Shown piece by piece: positions 45,499 through 54,712 of a stretch of 64,000 nt of DNA. The translations under genes were made by a program, and so were the position numbers. The stretch is taken from NCBI GenBank assembly GCA_963768625.1, contig CAVYIK010000003.1:198715-262714 (forward strand). Reading direction: 5' to 3'. Origin of the DNA: an uncultured bacterium. Its GTDB lineage: Bacteria; Patescibacteriota; Minisyncoccia; UBA6257; 2-01-FULL-56-20. Under the pieces are notes generated by a model that did no database searches, was not told the origin of the DNA, and saw only the letters and a list, made by a program, of their open reading frames with translations. Every line of letters begins with the position of its first letter. Position 1 is the first letter of the stretch.

Positions 45499-46285
45499 CT
45501 ATTCCGCCGCTTTCTTGGTCTTTGTGGCCCTCTTCTCCTTCGGAGCGTGTGCCGGTTTCTCCGCCTTCGGTGCTTCAAATTCCTTCACTTCAACGGCGCC
45601 CACCTTCTCAAAGTGGTCCTTCAAAATATTCGCAGCTTTGTGAAGTGCCGAGCGAGGGGCTGATCGTCCCGTCGGTCGCGATCTCAATGCGCAGGCGGTT
45701 GTAGTCCGTCCGGTCGCCTACGCGCATATCCTCCACGGTGTAGTTCACGCGCTGGACGGGCGTGAAGATCGCGTCAATCGCGATCGTGCCGATCGCAAGG
45801 CGCCCTTCCGATTTCCTGCGCCTCCACCGGCACATAGCCCAATCCGCGCTCCACCTTCACTTCTATATCAAGCTCGGCGTCTTTCGCCGTGAGGGTCGCA
45901 AGAACCTCTTCGGGATTCATGAGCTCCACGTTCGTATTGAGCTCAATGTCCCCTGCCGTGACCACGTGTTCGCCTTTCATCTTGAGCGCGAGCACCTGCG
46001 GCTCGTCCACGTGCAGGCGGAAACGGAGCTTCTTGAAGTTGAGGCAAGCTCCACGATGTCCTCTTTGAGGCCCGGCAGCGTGGAGAACTCGTGCGGAACG
46101 TTCTTTATCTTAATCTCCGTCGACTGCGGCGCCCGGAAGCGAAGACAAAAGCGCCCGGCGGATGGCGTTCCCGATGGTCAGCCCGTATCCGCGCGAAAAG
46201 CCCTTCCACCTCAAAGACGCCGTTCTTCGCGTCCTCGGAGACTGTTTTGATTGAGACTGGTTGAGCTTAAGTATGCGTATTCCAT
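45499..46285 (-). pseudogene. rpoA: RNA polymerase alpha subunit (NTD plus a short Lys-rich tail, no recognisable alpha-CTD); at least 5 frameshifts
   Basis: Pieces across frames are ..IKTVSEDAKNGVFEVEG / GYGLTIGNAIRRALLSSLPGAA / ..PQVLALKMKGEHVVTAGDIELNTNVELMNPEEV.. / ..AIDAIFTPVQRVNYTVEDMRVGDRTDYNRLRIEIATDGTISP / ..ALHKAANILKDHFEKV..KKAAE*. Confidence 0.8.
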
Positions 46286-46290
46286 TGTTT

Positions 46291-46913
46291 TTATTTAGAG
46301 AATGATTCGATCAAACGATTTATTTCGAAGGGGGACATCGCGGCGCCGTCGGCGGCGAGAGCACCGTGCCTTCCATTTTCTCCGGATGGAGCGAGAGCCA
46401 TGCGGGCGGATCGTATTTCTTGAAGGAGCTCGTGCCGTTTCGTAAGCGCCCCTTTCTTTTCGGAGCCGATCGCGAACGCCGATCGACGTCGCCTTTCCGG
46501 ATCATGATATCCCGGCGAGTGCACCTTCTTCTTATTGACCACGATATGGCCATGGAGATGAGCTGCCGCGCCGCGCCGCGCGTGGGGGCGAACCCCAGCC
46601 GGTAGACCGCGTTGTCCAGGCGGCGTTCCAAGAATTCTAGCATCTTCGCGCCCGAAGCGCCTTTCGCGGCGACCGCCATGTCGAAAAGCCGTTTCATCTC
46701 TCGCTCGTCAACGCCGTAGCTCAATTTGAACTTCCGTTTTTCGCGGATCTGGAGGCCGAACTCCGAAAGCGTCCGCGGGCGCGAACGCGGGCCGTGTACG
46801 CCCGGGCGGTACGGTTTCCGCATCATCGCCGATTTCGGCGAAATCGCGCGGTCGCCCTTCAAGCCAAGTCGCTCGCCCAATGCCCGTTCTTTTTTTTCTT
46901 TAGGTCCCATCAT
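46291..46913 (-). pseudogene. rpsD: 30S ribosomal protein S4; at least 4 frameshifts
   Basis: MMGPKEKKERALGERLGLKGDRA...FLERRLDNAVYRLGFAPTRGAARQLIS, then HGHIVVNKKKVHSPGY, IRKGDV, PPAWLSLHPEKMEGTV and ..FEINRLIESFSK* alternate between two frames. Confidence 0.8.
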
Positions 46914-46937
46914 GGAAATAGTTGGTGGTGGTAATTG

Positions 46938-47438
46938 TTATACGCGGCGGGTCTTTGGCGGGCGCGGACCGTTGTGCGCGAACCGGCGTGGCATCTTTGA
47001 TGGAAAGAATATTGAAGCCGTGGTTGATGAGCGAGCGGATCGCCGAGTCGCGGCCGGAGCCGATCCCCTTCACGATCACTGCAGAATCCTGCGGGCCGGT
47101 GGTTTGGATCTTCTCCGCGATCGCCGCGATCACTTTTGAGGAGGCGAAGGGCGTCGCTTTCTTCGGGCCGGAAAAACCGAGCGAACCAGCCGATGCCCAC
47201 GCAAGCACGTTGCCCGTAAGGTCAGTCACCGTGATCGTCGTGTTGTTATAGGAAGCGTTTACGTATACCTTCCCCTCGGCCACTTTTTTGGAAGGGCGCT
47301 TCGGGGCGTGCGCTGCGGCCGTGGCTGGCAGCCGGCAGCGGCAGGCTGGCGGGCTTGCCCGATGCCTTGGGTGCGGCTTTTGCCACGCCTTCTCCTCGGC
47401 CGCGGTGTCCCCTAATGTAGTTACTTTTTCTTTCCCAT
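46938..47438 (-). pseudogene. rpsK: 30S ribosomal protein S11 with an N-terminal extension; at least 2 frameshifts
   Basis: MGKKK.. / ..KVYVNASYNNTTITVTDLTGNVLAWASAGSLGFSGPKKATPFA...SIKDATPV. Removing one G near 46988 restores PHNGPRPPKTRRV*. Confidence 0.8.
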
Positions 47439-47455
47439 GGTGTTTGTTACTTGGG

Positions 47456-47842
47456 TTATTTCAGTTCAACTTTTCTCTTACCGCTGCCGGCCGTCTTTCT
47501 TACGTTCCCGCGGACCGTGCGGGAGTTCGTGCGCGTGCGCTGGCCGCGGACGGGCAGGCGCCGCAGATGCCGCATGCCGCGGTAGGTCTGCAGTTCCTTC
47601 AATCGGCCGATGTTCGCCTTGATACGCTGGCGCAGTTCGCCTTCCACCGGAAAATTCTTCTCAATGAAGTTCTGGATGCGCAAGCGCTTCGTCCGCCGTG
47701 AGGTCCTTCGCGCGCTTATTCGGGATCCACCTTTGCCGCCGCAAGCGTCTTCGTACTTAAAGACCGCCCCACGCCATAGAGGTACGTGAGCGAAGATTTC
47801 TATCCTTTTGTTGTCGGGGAGATTGACCCCTAAAATACGCAT
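47456..47842 (-). pseudogene. rpsM: 30S ribosomal protein S13; two compensating frameshifts (about 47690-47800)
   Basis: MRILGVNLPDNKRIEI.. and ..FPVEGELRQRIKANIGRLKELQTYRGMRHLRRLPVRGQRTRTNSRT.. are S13-like. The roughly 35 aa between them read out of frame. Confidence 0.8.
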
Positions 47843-47850
47843 GATGATTT

Positions 47851-47965
47851 TTTATCCTTGCCGTTGTTTATGTTTTGGATTTTTGCACAAAATATAAATT
47901 CTGCCATGCCGTTTGACGACCTGGCATTTTGCGCACATCTTTTTTACTGAACTTCTTACTTTCAT
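47851..47965 (-). pseudogene. rpmJ: 50S ribosomal protein L36; 1-nt insertion in an A-run
   Basis: [28 protein letters not shown], then the frame is lost. Reading the six-A run (plus-strand T-run 47879-47884) as five restores NPKHKQRQG*. Confidence 0.8.
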
Positions 47966-47982
47966 AGATTTTCCGCTGCGCG

Positions 47983-48189
47983 CTAGAGCCGCCGCACGAT
48001 CCGTCCCCGCGTGCCGTCCGGAGAAAGCTCAAGGAGCACCCGGTCACCCGGCAGAACGCGAATGTTGTGCATCTTCATTTTGCCGGCGAGGTGCGAAAGC
48101 AAGGGGCCTCCCGTCCGCTCAATTGGACCCGGAAGAGAAGGCCCGGCAAGGCCTCAAGGACCCGTCCTTCCTATCGTGCCTTCCATCAT
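47983..48189 (-). pseudogene. infA: translation initiation factor IF-1; 2 frameshifts
   Basis: Fragments are MMEGTI / [19 protein letters not shown] / ..[36 protein letters not shown]. Confidence 0.75.
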
Positions 48190-48236
48190 TAGCAAAAAAA
48201 AACCGAGCTAAAGCTCATAGTCGAAGCAACGGAACG

Positions 48237-48265
48237 ATTATAGCTGATAATGCATATTCTGTCAA
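48237..48265 (-). promoter_or_regulatory. consensus sigma70 promoter of the infA-rpsI operon
   Basis: Minus strand reads TTGACA-N17-TATAAT (both hexamers perfect), about 45 nt upstream of infA. Confidence 0.7.
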
Positions 48266-48270
48266 ATGCC

Positions 48271-50010
48271 CTAGTTCGCAGAAACCGAGATCTTACCTGT
48301 GTTCGAGGGGATGCTCCAAAGCCACATCGGCCATGCGGAGATCTTGCCGTCGGCGAGACCGGGGATGGCGGCGATGGCGCTCCGGGCGTCGTTCAGGCTT
48401 TTCCCGGCGATGCTCGCCTTGAAGGTATCTGCGTCGAATTTCGGCTCAAGCGTCCCCGTGCCCGAGAGCGAGAAGCTGACAGTCCCCTTCGTGAAATCTG
48501 CTTTGACATTACTGTAATTTAACGCAAGGTTGCTGAAAGTGGAGCTCGCCGACTTGCATTCACTTCCTGTGACTGCGCGAGCGAGAGCAGATAGGCCTTG
48601 AATGCCGATTCGTCGAATCCGATCGCCTGGAGGAGGCCTCCCCGAAGACACTGAAGTTGCCGTTCGCGTCGGTGGACGTGTTCACCGTGAGCTTCGTGAC
48701 CTGGACGCTCGTCGCGCCGTCCAGGATTTTGAAATTATTCGGATAGCTCGACGTAAGGTCGCTCCGCGAGATCGACTTAAGCGCGGAGGTCATCGCATTC
48801 TTTGCGCTCGTGATGTCGGCTCGCGGTCGGCACCGCTTTGTTCCCCACAAAACCGCCGCTCGTCCCGCTCTTCAGCTCGCCGTAGAACGCGGCGTATTTC
48901 GGAGAGCCCTGGAATCCCGGGATGGTAAGCTTGGCCACCGGGCCCTACGTTATAGGACGTCCCCGGCTGGTCCGCCATGACCGTCGTATCAACCGAGGAC
49001 GGCACGATCTGGCCGTTCGTGATCGTGCGCCCCCGGCACCGTGACCGCACTTACAAGGCGGAACAGTTTCCCGTCAGGCGTCACGAACCGCGTGGTCGCG
49101 ACAAGGTCCTGCTTCGCCGAGCTGTAGGCGTTATAGATGGTGAGCGTCCCCTGCGCTTTTATGGAAACGTTCGCGTTTCCCGACGCCGGGAATAGCTGGG
49201 TGGTGTTCTTCTGCGTTGAAAAGATCTGCGCCGGGATAACATTCGTCGTCGGCATTGATCGCTGAAACCGATTTGTCGGCGACGAAATTATCCTGATAGG
49301 TCCATGGTGTTTTTTGGAAATTGATCGCGATCGTCACGTGGCCGAATCCCCATGTCATAACGCCGAGGACAACAAGGATGAGCACGACGATGCCCACAAT
49401 CCACCCGATGAGCTTGCGCGGCATGCGGCGTGACGTCTCTTCCTCTTCTTCCTCTCGCCCTGTCCCCGCCATGATCTCCGGGATGCTCCGCCTCTTGAAA
49501 AACCGCTCCCCTTCTTCTTCAAAAGCGTGTGTTTCCATTGCCGCCGTTTCCTTCCCGGCGCCCTCCTTCCTCTTCCGGCGTTCTCTTCTTTGGGTTCTTC
49601 TGTTTCTTCCGATCTCCTCCGGTTCCTCGCGCACGGTGAGCTTCACCGGCTCTGCGGTCGCTTTCTTCTTGCCGCGGCGCGCTGGCTTTTTCTCCGCCTC
49701 GCGTTCCTCGCTGCCAACGGGAACGATATCCGTGAGGCCGCCCGCAGCGCGCACGCCGCCCCAGAGCGGATGACTGCCTTCAAGACCGCTCTGCTTCGCA
49801 AAAGCGAGGATCGTATCATCCACGGATTCAATGGCCAAGGACTTTCCAGCTGCTTCTGCCTCGCGCTTTAATAGATTGAAAGTTCTTCGCTGAACGCGCA
49901 AGGACGGAACCCTTCGGAATAACGAGCGTTATTTCGTTCTCGGCTTCTTCTGTTACCTTGTCAACGACATCCGCGATCCCCTCGTCCTTCTCGATGGTTA
50001 TTTTTGTCAT
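48271..50010 (-). pseudogene. TM-anchored conserved hypothetical protein (possibly baseplate-J-like C-terminal region); at least 5 frameshifts
   Basis: MTKITIEKDEGIADVVDKVTEEAENEITLVIPKGS.. continues through five or more ORF fragments (49131-49901, 48989-49255, 48790-49050, 48560-48850, 48271-48651). There is a charged E/K/R region followed by a TM helix. Confidence 0.5.
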
Positions 50011-50090
50011 GTTCCTGCGATTATAGAAAGTATAGCATATTACAGGCGCGCCGGACGGCAGTTTGGACGGCGGTTTTGCTTCGTGAAATC

Positions 50091-51248
50091 TTATCCCGCG
50101 AGCCAGTGGAGCCGGCGGCGCAATTTTTGGTTGATCTCCGAATTGCTCTTGTCGAAATAGGCCTCAATAAAGTAAAGCAGCGGACGGAAAACGTCATTTT
50201 TTTCCTCGCCAAACCCGCCGAGGTTCGCCGTAAAGCCGAACTCGGCGAGCATCTCCTGCGCGGGGTGCTCCTCAAGCACCGCAGCCCCGTGTTTGTGCGG
50301 CAAAGCGAACGGCAACGCGTGCGGCAAGTCAACGTAGACAATCCCCTTCACCTTGGCCTTTTCTAATTCTCCGAAGAACGCTGCAAGCGCCGGTTCCACC
50401 GTTTTCTTGAACGCCCGCTCCGCCGCAGCCGACATCTTCCCGTGATGGTAAAGGCAATAGAGTTGCTGTGCCGTATGCTTGCCGACCGCAAGCGCCTTCG
50501 CGATCTCCTCCGCGAACGACGAGAATCGCCAGCCGAGCCGCTCGCGATAGAGCACTGCATGTTCGCCCTTCGGCTTCTCAAGCACGTAGAGGGAAGCTCC
50601 TTCGTCATTGGCCATGATCAGATTGAGCGGCAGCTTGCGGATGCGCGAGAGCGCGGAAAGATGCGCCTGCGGGGCCTCGGCAAAAAAGAAATCTTCCGGT
50701 GCGTTGAAAAACGGCTTTAGGTCCTCGAAGATCGCCCGCGTCGTGAACACAAGTTCAAGGAGCAGCGAGATCTTTTTCCCTCCCATGCCTACCGGCGAGT
50801 GCGCGAGCGCTTTGCCGTCCACGGCGAAATGCTTTGCTTTCGCGCCGACGAGGATAGCATCCAAGTCGCTCACGTGCAACCGCTTCGCTGCCTCGCTCCG
50901 GCAGCCATTGAAGATCTTCGCCATCTCCTGCGCGATCAAGTTTTCAAGCTCCGCGAGTGCGATCTTATTCTTCGCGTTCGCGTGCTCCCGCGAGATCGTG
51001 ATCGGCACGGGGATGGTGGTCGCGAGTGACGAATCCGCCGCCGCGATCACGCGCCGGCGCGAACGGAAAAGCGGTTTCCCTTCCCAGCGCCGCTCCGCTA
51101 TCTTGCGTCCCGGGGATTGCAAAAACTTCGCGAGGTTCGCACCCTTCGTTAATTTTTCAAAAACGATATTGCGGTCTTCGTCAACGTTCAAAAAAAGCCC
51201 GTTCGTGCCTTTCGGCGTGATCTCCAGTATCAAAAACTTTTCCTTCAC
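50091..51248 (-). CDS. hypothetical protein (385 aa, intact)
   Basis: Long ORF with coding-like composition. No family was confidently recognised, though an actin-fold FtsA/PilM-like protein is possible. Confidence 0.5.
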   Translation of the reverse strand: MKEKFLILEITPKGTNGLFLNVDEDRNIVFEKLTKGANLAKFLQSPGRKIAERRWEGKPLFRSRRRVIAAADSSLATTIPVPITISREHANAKNKIALAELENLIAQEMAKIFNGCRSEAAKRLHVSDLDAILVGAKAKHFAVDGKALAHSPVGMGGKKISLLLELVFTTRAIFEDLKPFFNAPEDFFFAEAPQAHLSALSRIRKLPLNLIMANDEGASLYVLEKPKGEHAVLYRERLGWRFSSFAEEIAKALAVGKHTAQQLYCLYHHGKMSAAAERAFKKTVEPALAAFFGELEKAKVKGIVYVDLPHALPFALPHKHGAAVLEEHPAQEMLAEFGFTANLGGFGEEKNDVFRPLLYFIEAYFDKSNSEINQKLRRRLHWLAG

Positions 51249-51293
51249 GCTTTCATTTTAGCACACCCGCGCGGGCCGCAGCACGCGCGGTTT

Positions 51294-53036
51294 TTATTCA
51301 ACTATCCCGCGTATGCGGCGGACGCCCGCGCCTACCGCCTCTTCCTTTGCGATCTTGAAATGCCCGATCTCCCCCGTGTGCGTCACGTGCGGTCCGCCGC
51401 AGAATTCCTTGCTCCATGCGGAAGCAAGGTCACGACCGACGTAATATACTTTTACCTTTTCCGGATATTTCTCCTTGAAAAAGTGCAGCGCCCCGATCTT
51501 TTCCGCTTCGGCTTTCGGCATTTCTTTATATTGCACCGGCAGATCCTCTTTTATCTTTTGATTCACGATCTCCTCCGTTTTTTTGATCTCCTCCGGTGTC
51601 ATCTTGCGCGTGAACGAAAAATCGAAGCGCGTCCGCTCGGGCGTAATGTCCGAGCCCATTTGGTGGACCTCCGGGCCCAAGACCTCACGGAGCGCCTGCT
51701 GCAGAAGATGCGTCGCCGTGTGCAAGCGCAGCGCTTTCTTCATCTCCTCCTCATTCCCGGCCTTCAGTTCGCCCGTGTTCAAGATAAGTCCGTGCCCGCC
51801 GAACTTCTTTTCGGCGCCCGCCCGGGAGACCTCCTGATGTTTCTTGAATTCCTCGTCAAACGCCTCGCGCGTCAGCGCCTTTGCGCGGTCGCCGCCGAGC
51901 TCTTTCATGATCTCATACGGCAGACCGTAGCTTTCATAGATCTTGAAAGCGTTTATCGCATCAATTGTCGGGATGCGTTCCAACTCACGGAGCCCGTTCT
52001 TCAATGTCTTTTGGAATTTCGCATTTTCTGTTTCAAATTCGTCCAGGATGACCGTGAGCTTGAGTTCGGGATAATAAGCGCCATAGAGCTCAACCGTCTT
52101 TTTTAAAATTTCGGTTATGAATTTTTTGCCGGAGAGATATTCGTGCACGATGATACGGCGCGTGAGACGGCGCAAAATATACCCCGTTCCTTTGTTTGAT
52201 GGCCGCACGCCGTCGGCAAGGAGGAATGAGATACCGCGCGCGTGGTCCGCCGCAATGCGCGCGCTTCTCGCCGAAACTCCGGCCGGCACCACGGCAATAA
52301 GCGGTGCGAAAAGGTCCGTTTCAAAAAGATTATTTTTCTTCTGCGCCACCGTCGCAAGCCGTTCCAATCCCATCCCGGTGTCCACCCCCTTCGTCGCAAG
52401 CGGCTTAAGCGACGCTTTGCCCGCAAGCAGATCCTCGCGCGAACCATCAGAGAAATATTCGTTAAAAACGATGTTCCAGTTCTCTACTTCCTTTCCATTC
52501 GCCGCCTTGCAATAGATCTCGGTCGTCGGTCCGCACGGGCCGGAAGTTCCCGTCGGCCCCCAAAAGACATCCTCCATCCCCTCTTCCCGCACGTCCTTCA
52601 CGCCGAGCGAGCCCCAGATCTTTTTTGATTCCTCGTCTTTCGGGACAACGTCGGACCCCTTAAATACGCTTACGTGCGAGATCGCGAGCCCCAGTTCTTT
52701 CGTAATAAATTCGTGGGCCCAGTTGATCGCTTCTTTCTTCCAATATCCGCCAAAACTGAAATTGCCGAGCATCTCAAAAAAAGTGTCGTGCGTCTCGTCG
52801 CCCACCTCGTCAATGTCGGAGGTGCGGAACGATTTTTGAATGGACACGGTGTTCTTGCTCCCAAAATCCTTCATCGGGTCCAGGTCGCCCGTGTAATACC
52901 GCTTGAATTGCTGCATGCCGGCCGTCGTGAGGAGTACCGAAGGGTCATCGGGTATCAAAGACGACGAAGGCACGACGGCGTGCCCGCGTTCCTTAAAAAA
53001 CTCCAGAAACTTTTTTCGTATCTCTGCGGACCCCAT
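51294..53036 (-). CDS. alaS: alanine--tRNA ligase, short form ending after the editing domain
   Basis: Start at the internal Met 53036 (MGSAEIRKKFLEFFKERGHAVVPSSSLIPDDPSVLLTTAGMQQFK). Editing motifs HTATHLL and CGGPHV are present. About 580 aa, with no C-Ala/DHHA1 region. Confidence 0.85.
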   Translation of the reverse strand: MGSAEIRKKFLEFFKERGHAVVPSSSLIPDDPSVLLTTAGMQQFKRYYTGDLDPMKDFGSKNTVSIQKSFRTSDIDEVGDETHDTFFEMLGNFSFGGYWKKEAINWAHEFITKELGLAISHVSVFKGSDVVPKDEESKKIWGSLGVKDVREEGMEDVFWGPTGTSGPCGPTTEIYCKAANGKEVENWNIVFNEYFSDGSREDLLAGKASLKPLATKGVDTGMGLERLATVAQKKNNLFETDLFAPLIAVVPAGVSARSARIAADHARGISFLLADGVRPSNKGTGYILRRLTRRIIVHEYLSGKKFITEILKKTVELYGAYYPELKLTVILDEFETENAKFQKTLKNGLRELERIPTIDAINAFKIYESYGLPYEIMKELGGDRAKALTREAFDEEFKKHQEVSRAGAEKKFGGHGLILNTGELKAGNEEEMKKALRLHTATHLLQQALREVLGPEVHQMGSDITPERTRFDFSFTRKMTPEEIKKTEEIVNQKIKEDLPVQYKEMPKAEAEKIGALHFFKEKYPEKVKVYYVGRDLASAWSKEFCGGPHVTHTGEIGHFKIAKEEAVGAGVRRIRGIVE

Positions 53037-53080
53037 CCCCTCAAACGTAAAATAAAACGCGGTTAATTGCAATCTCGCAT

Positions 53081-53108
53081 TTGACGTTTCTCTTTTGCGT
53101 GATAGAAT
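53081..53108 (+). promoter_or_regulatory. promoter TTGACG-N16-TAGAAT for the small zf-HC2 gene
   Basis: Followed by the SD AAGGAGG 5 nt before ATG 53139. Confidence 0.5.
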
Positions 53109-53138
53109 ATCCCAAGCGTCATCCCCAAGGAGGGGCCC

Positions 53139-53384
53139 ATGTGCATGAGCCTTGCAAGCCAGTTCACGAACTCTAAGAAAGGAGAGGAGAAGGAAGGGAC
53201 CTGCTCGAAAAACCCGAGGGTATTTTCTCTCCTCCCGGAGTATGTGGCCGGAACTCTGTCGCTCGCAGATGCGGACGAGGTCCGGGCGCACTACAACCAA
53301 TGTGGTACGTGCAAGGACTACTATCTCGATCTCTCCCTCGAGAAGGCCTTTCTTGAAGGCACCCTGAAAGAGATACCGAACTAA
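53139..53384 (+). CDS. small soluble anti-sigma-like zinc-finger (zf-HC2) protein
   Basis: 81 aa with ..LLPEYVAGTLSLADADEVRAHYNQCGTCKDYY.. (H-x3-C-x2-C). Has a good SD and promoter and is convergent with rpoD. Confidence 0.55.
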   Translation: MCMSLASQFTNSKKGEEKEGTCSKNPRVFSLLPEYVAGTLSLADADEVRAHYNQCGTCKDYYLDLSLEKAFLEGTLKEIPN

Positions 53385-53444
53385 ACTTGAAGCTGGCCAC
53401 CAGAAAACGGCGTTCCCCCCGGGAACGCCACTTTTTATATTTGA

Positions 53445-54680
53445 TTACGTGAGACTTTCGAACCCTTCAAGCGCCGGGGATTTTCCGTGCTCGCGGATCT
53501 TCTCAAGCGCTTTTGCTTCGATCTGCCGGATGCGCTCGCGCGTGACGCCGAACGCCTTCCCTACCTCTTCAAGCGTATGGCTGATGCCGTCCTCCAAGCC
53601 GAACCGCATCTTCAAAATCTGCTGTTCGCGGTCGGTGAGGTCTATCATGATCTCGCGGATGAGGTCGCGGAGCATTGCGCGCGCGGTGAGTTGGGACGGC
53701 GTCGCGTTCCGTTCGTCGGGGATAAAATCGGAAAGTGTGGAGTCCTCCTCGTCGCCGATCGGCGTCTCAATGGAAAGCACTTCCTGCGAGATCTTCTGGA
53801 TATGCCGCACCTTTTCCACGTCTATTCCCATTTCCGCAGCGATCTCTTCCGCCAAGGGGTCGCGGCCAAGCTCCTGAATAAGCTGCCTGCGCACTTGTGT
53901 GTACTTAGAAATAGTTTCCACCATGTGGACCGGAATGCGGACGGTGCGCGACTGGTCGGCAAGCGCCCGGGTGATCGCCTGGCGTATCCACCATGTGGCG
54001 TACGTGGAGAATTTGAAGCCGCGCCGGTAGTCGAATTTTTCCACCGCGCGCGAGAGGCCAATATTCCCCTCCTGGATGAGATCCAGGATAGAAAGATGCG
54101 GCGTGCGGTTCACGTAGCGCTTCGCGATGGAAACGACGAGCCGCAGGTTCGCCTTCATCAGCCGCTGGCGCGCTTCCTCGTCGCCTTTTTCCGCGCGTTT
54201 CGCGAGCTCGCGCTCTTCGTCTTTTGAAAGAAGTGGCGTCTTCCCGATCTCCTTCAGGTACATCTGCACTGCGTCCGGCACGTCGCCCTCAAACGCCATT
54301 GACTCGTCAAAATTCTTTTCTTCCTCGTCCTTGGAAAAATCGATGAGTGCGCTCGTCTCGATCACTTTGATCCCCGCTTTTTCCAGACGGTCATAGATCT
54401 CATCAAGCAATCCAACATTGTCCTCGATCTTCGGGAAGTAATAGAGGATCTCGTTGTCCGTTACGAATCCGCGCGGGCGGCCGCGGTCAATAAGCTCGTT
54501 GATCTCCGAGGCGTTCGCCTTGATCGCTTTCTCCAGCTTCGAGAGCGGTTTCTTGTTCCCTTTTATAGCCTTCTTGCCCTTCGCGGTTTTCTTGCCTTTC
54601 TTCGCCGGGCTGCGCTTCGCCTTCTTTACGGGACGCCTCTTCCCCGCTGGCTTTTTGGCCTTTTTTCTCGATTTCTTCAT
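53445..54680 (-). CDS. rpoD: primary sigma factor (sigma70 family) with a Lys-rich N-terminus
   Basis: 411 aa with regions 1.2-4: ..[11 protein letters not shown].., [67 protein letters not shown]. Confidence 0.9.
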   Translation of the reverse strand: MKKSRKKAKKPAGKRRPVKKAKRSPAKKGKKTAKGKKAIKGNKKPLSKLEKAIKANASEINELIDRGRPRGFVTDNEILYYFPKIEDNVGLLDEIYDRLEKAGIKVIETSALIDFSKDEEEKNFDESMAFEGDVPDAVQMYLKEIGKTPLLSKDEERELAKRAEKGDEEARQRLMKANLRLVVSIAKRYVNRTPHLSILDLIQEGNIGLSRAVEKFDYRRGFKFSTYATWWIRQAITRALADQSRTVRIPVHMVETISKYTQVRRQLIQELGRDPLAEEIAAEMGIDVEKVRHIQKISQEVLSIETPIGDEEDSTLSDFIPDERNATPSQLTARAMLRDLIREIMIDLTDREQQILKMRFGLEDGISHTLEEVGKAFGVTRERIRQIEAKALEKIREHGKSPALEGFESLT

Positions 54681-54712
54681 GAAGAGTAGGTTAAATAATA
54701 CCTCATTATCAC

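Noticed and set aside
44136-50010. Programmed ribosomal frameshifting, transcriptional slippage or an alternative genetic code as the explanation for the broken ribosomal-protein genes.
   Set aside because: There are too many sites (about 25) in both directions, and most lack slippery heptamers or long homopolymers. The breaks are frame changes, not in-frame stops, so codon reassignment cannot rescue them. TGA, TAA and TAG all terminate intact genes nearby.
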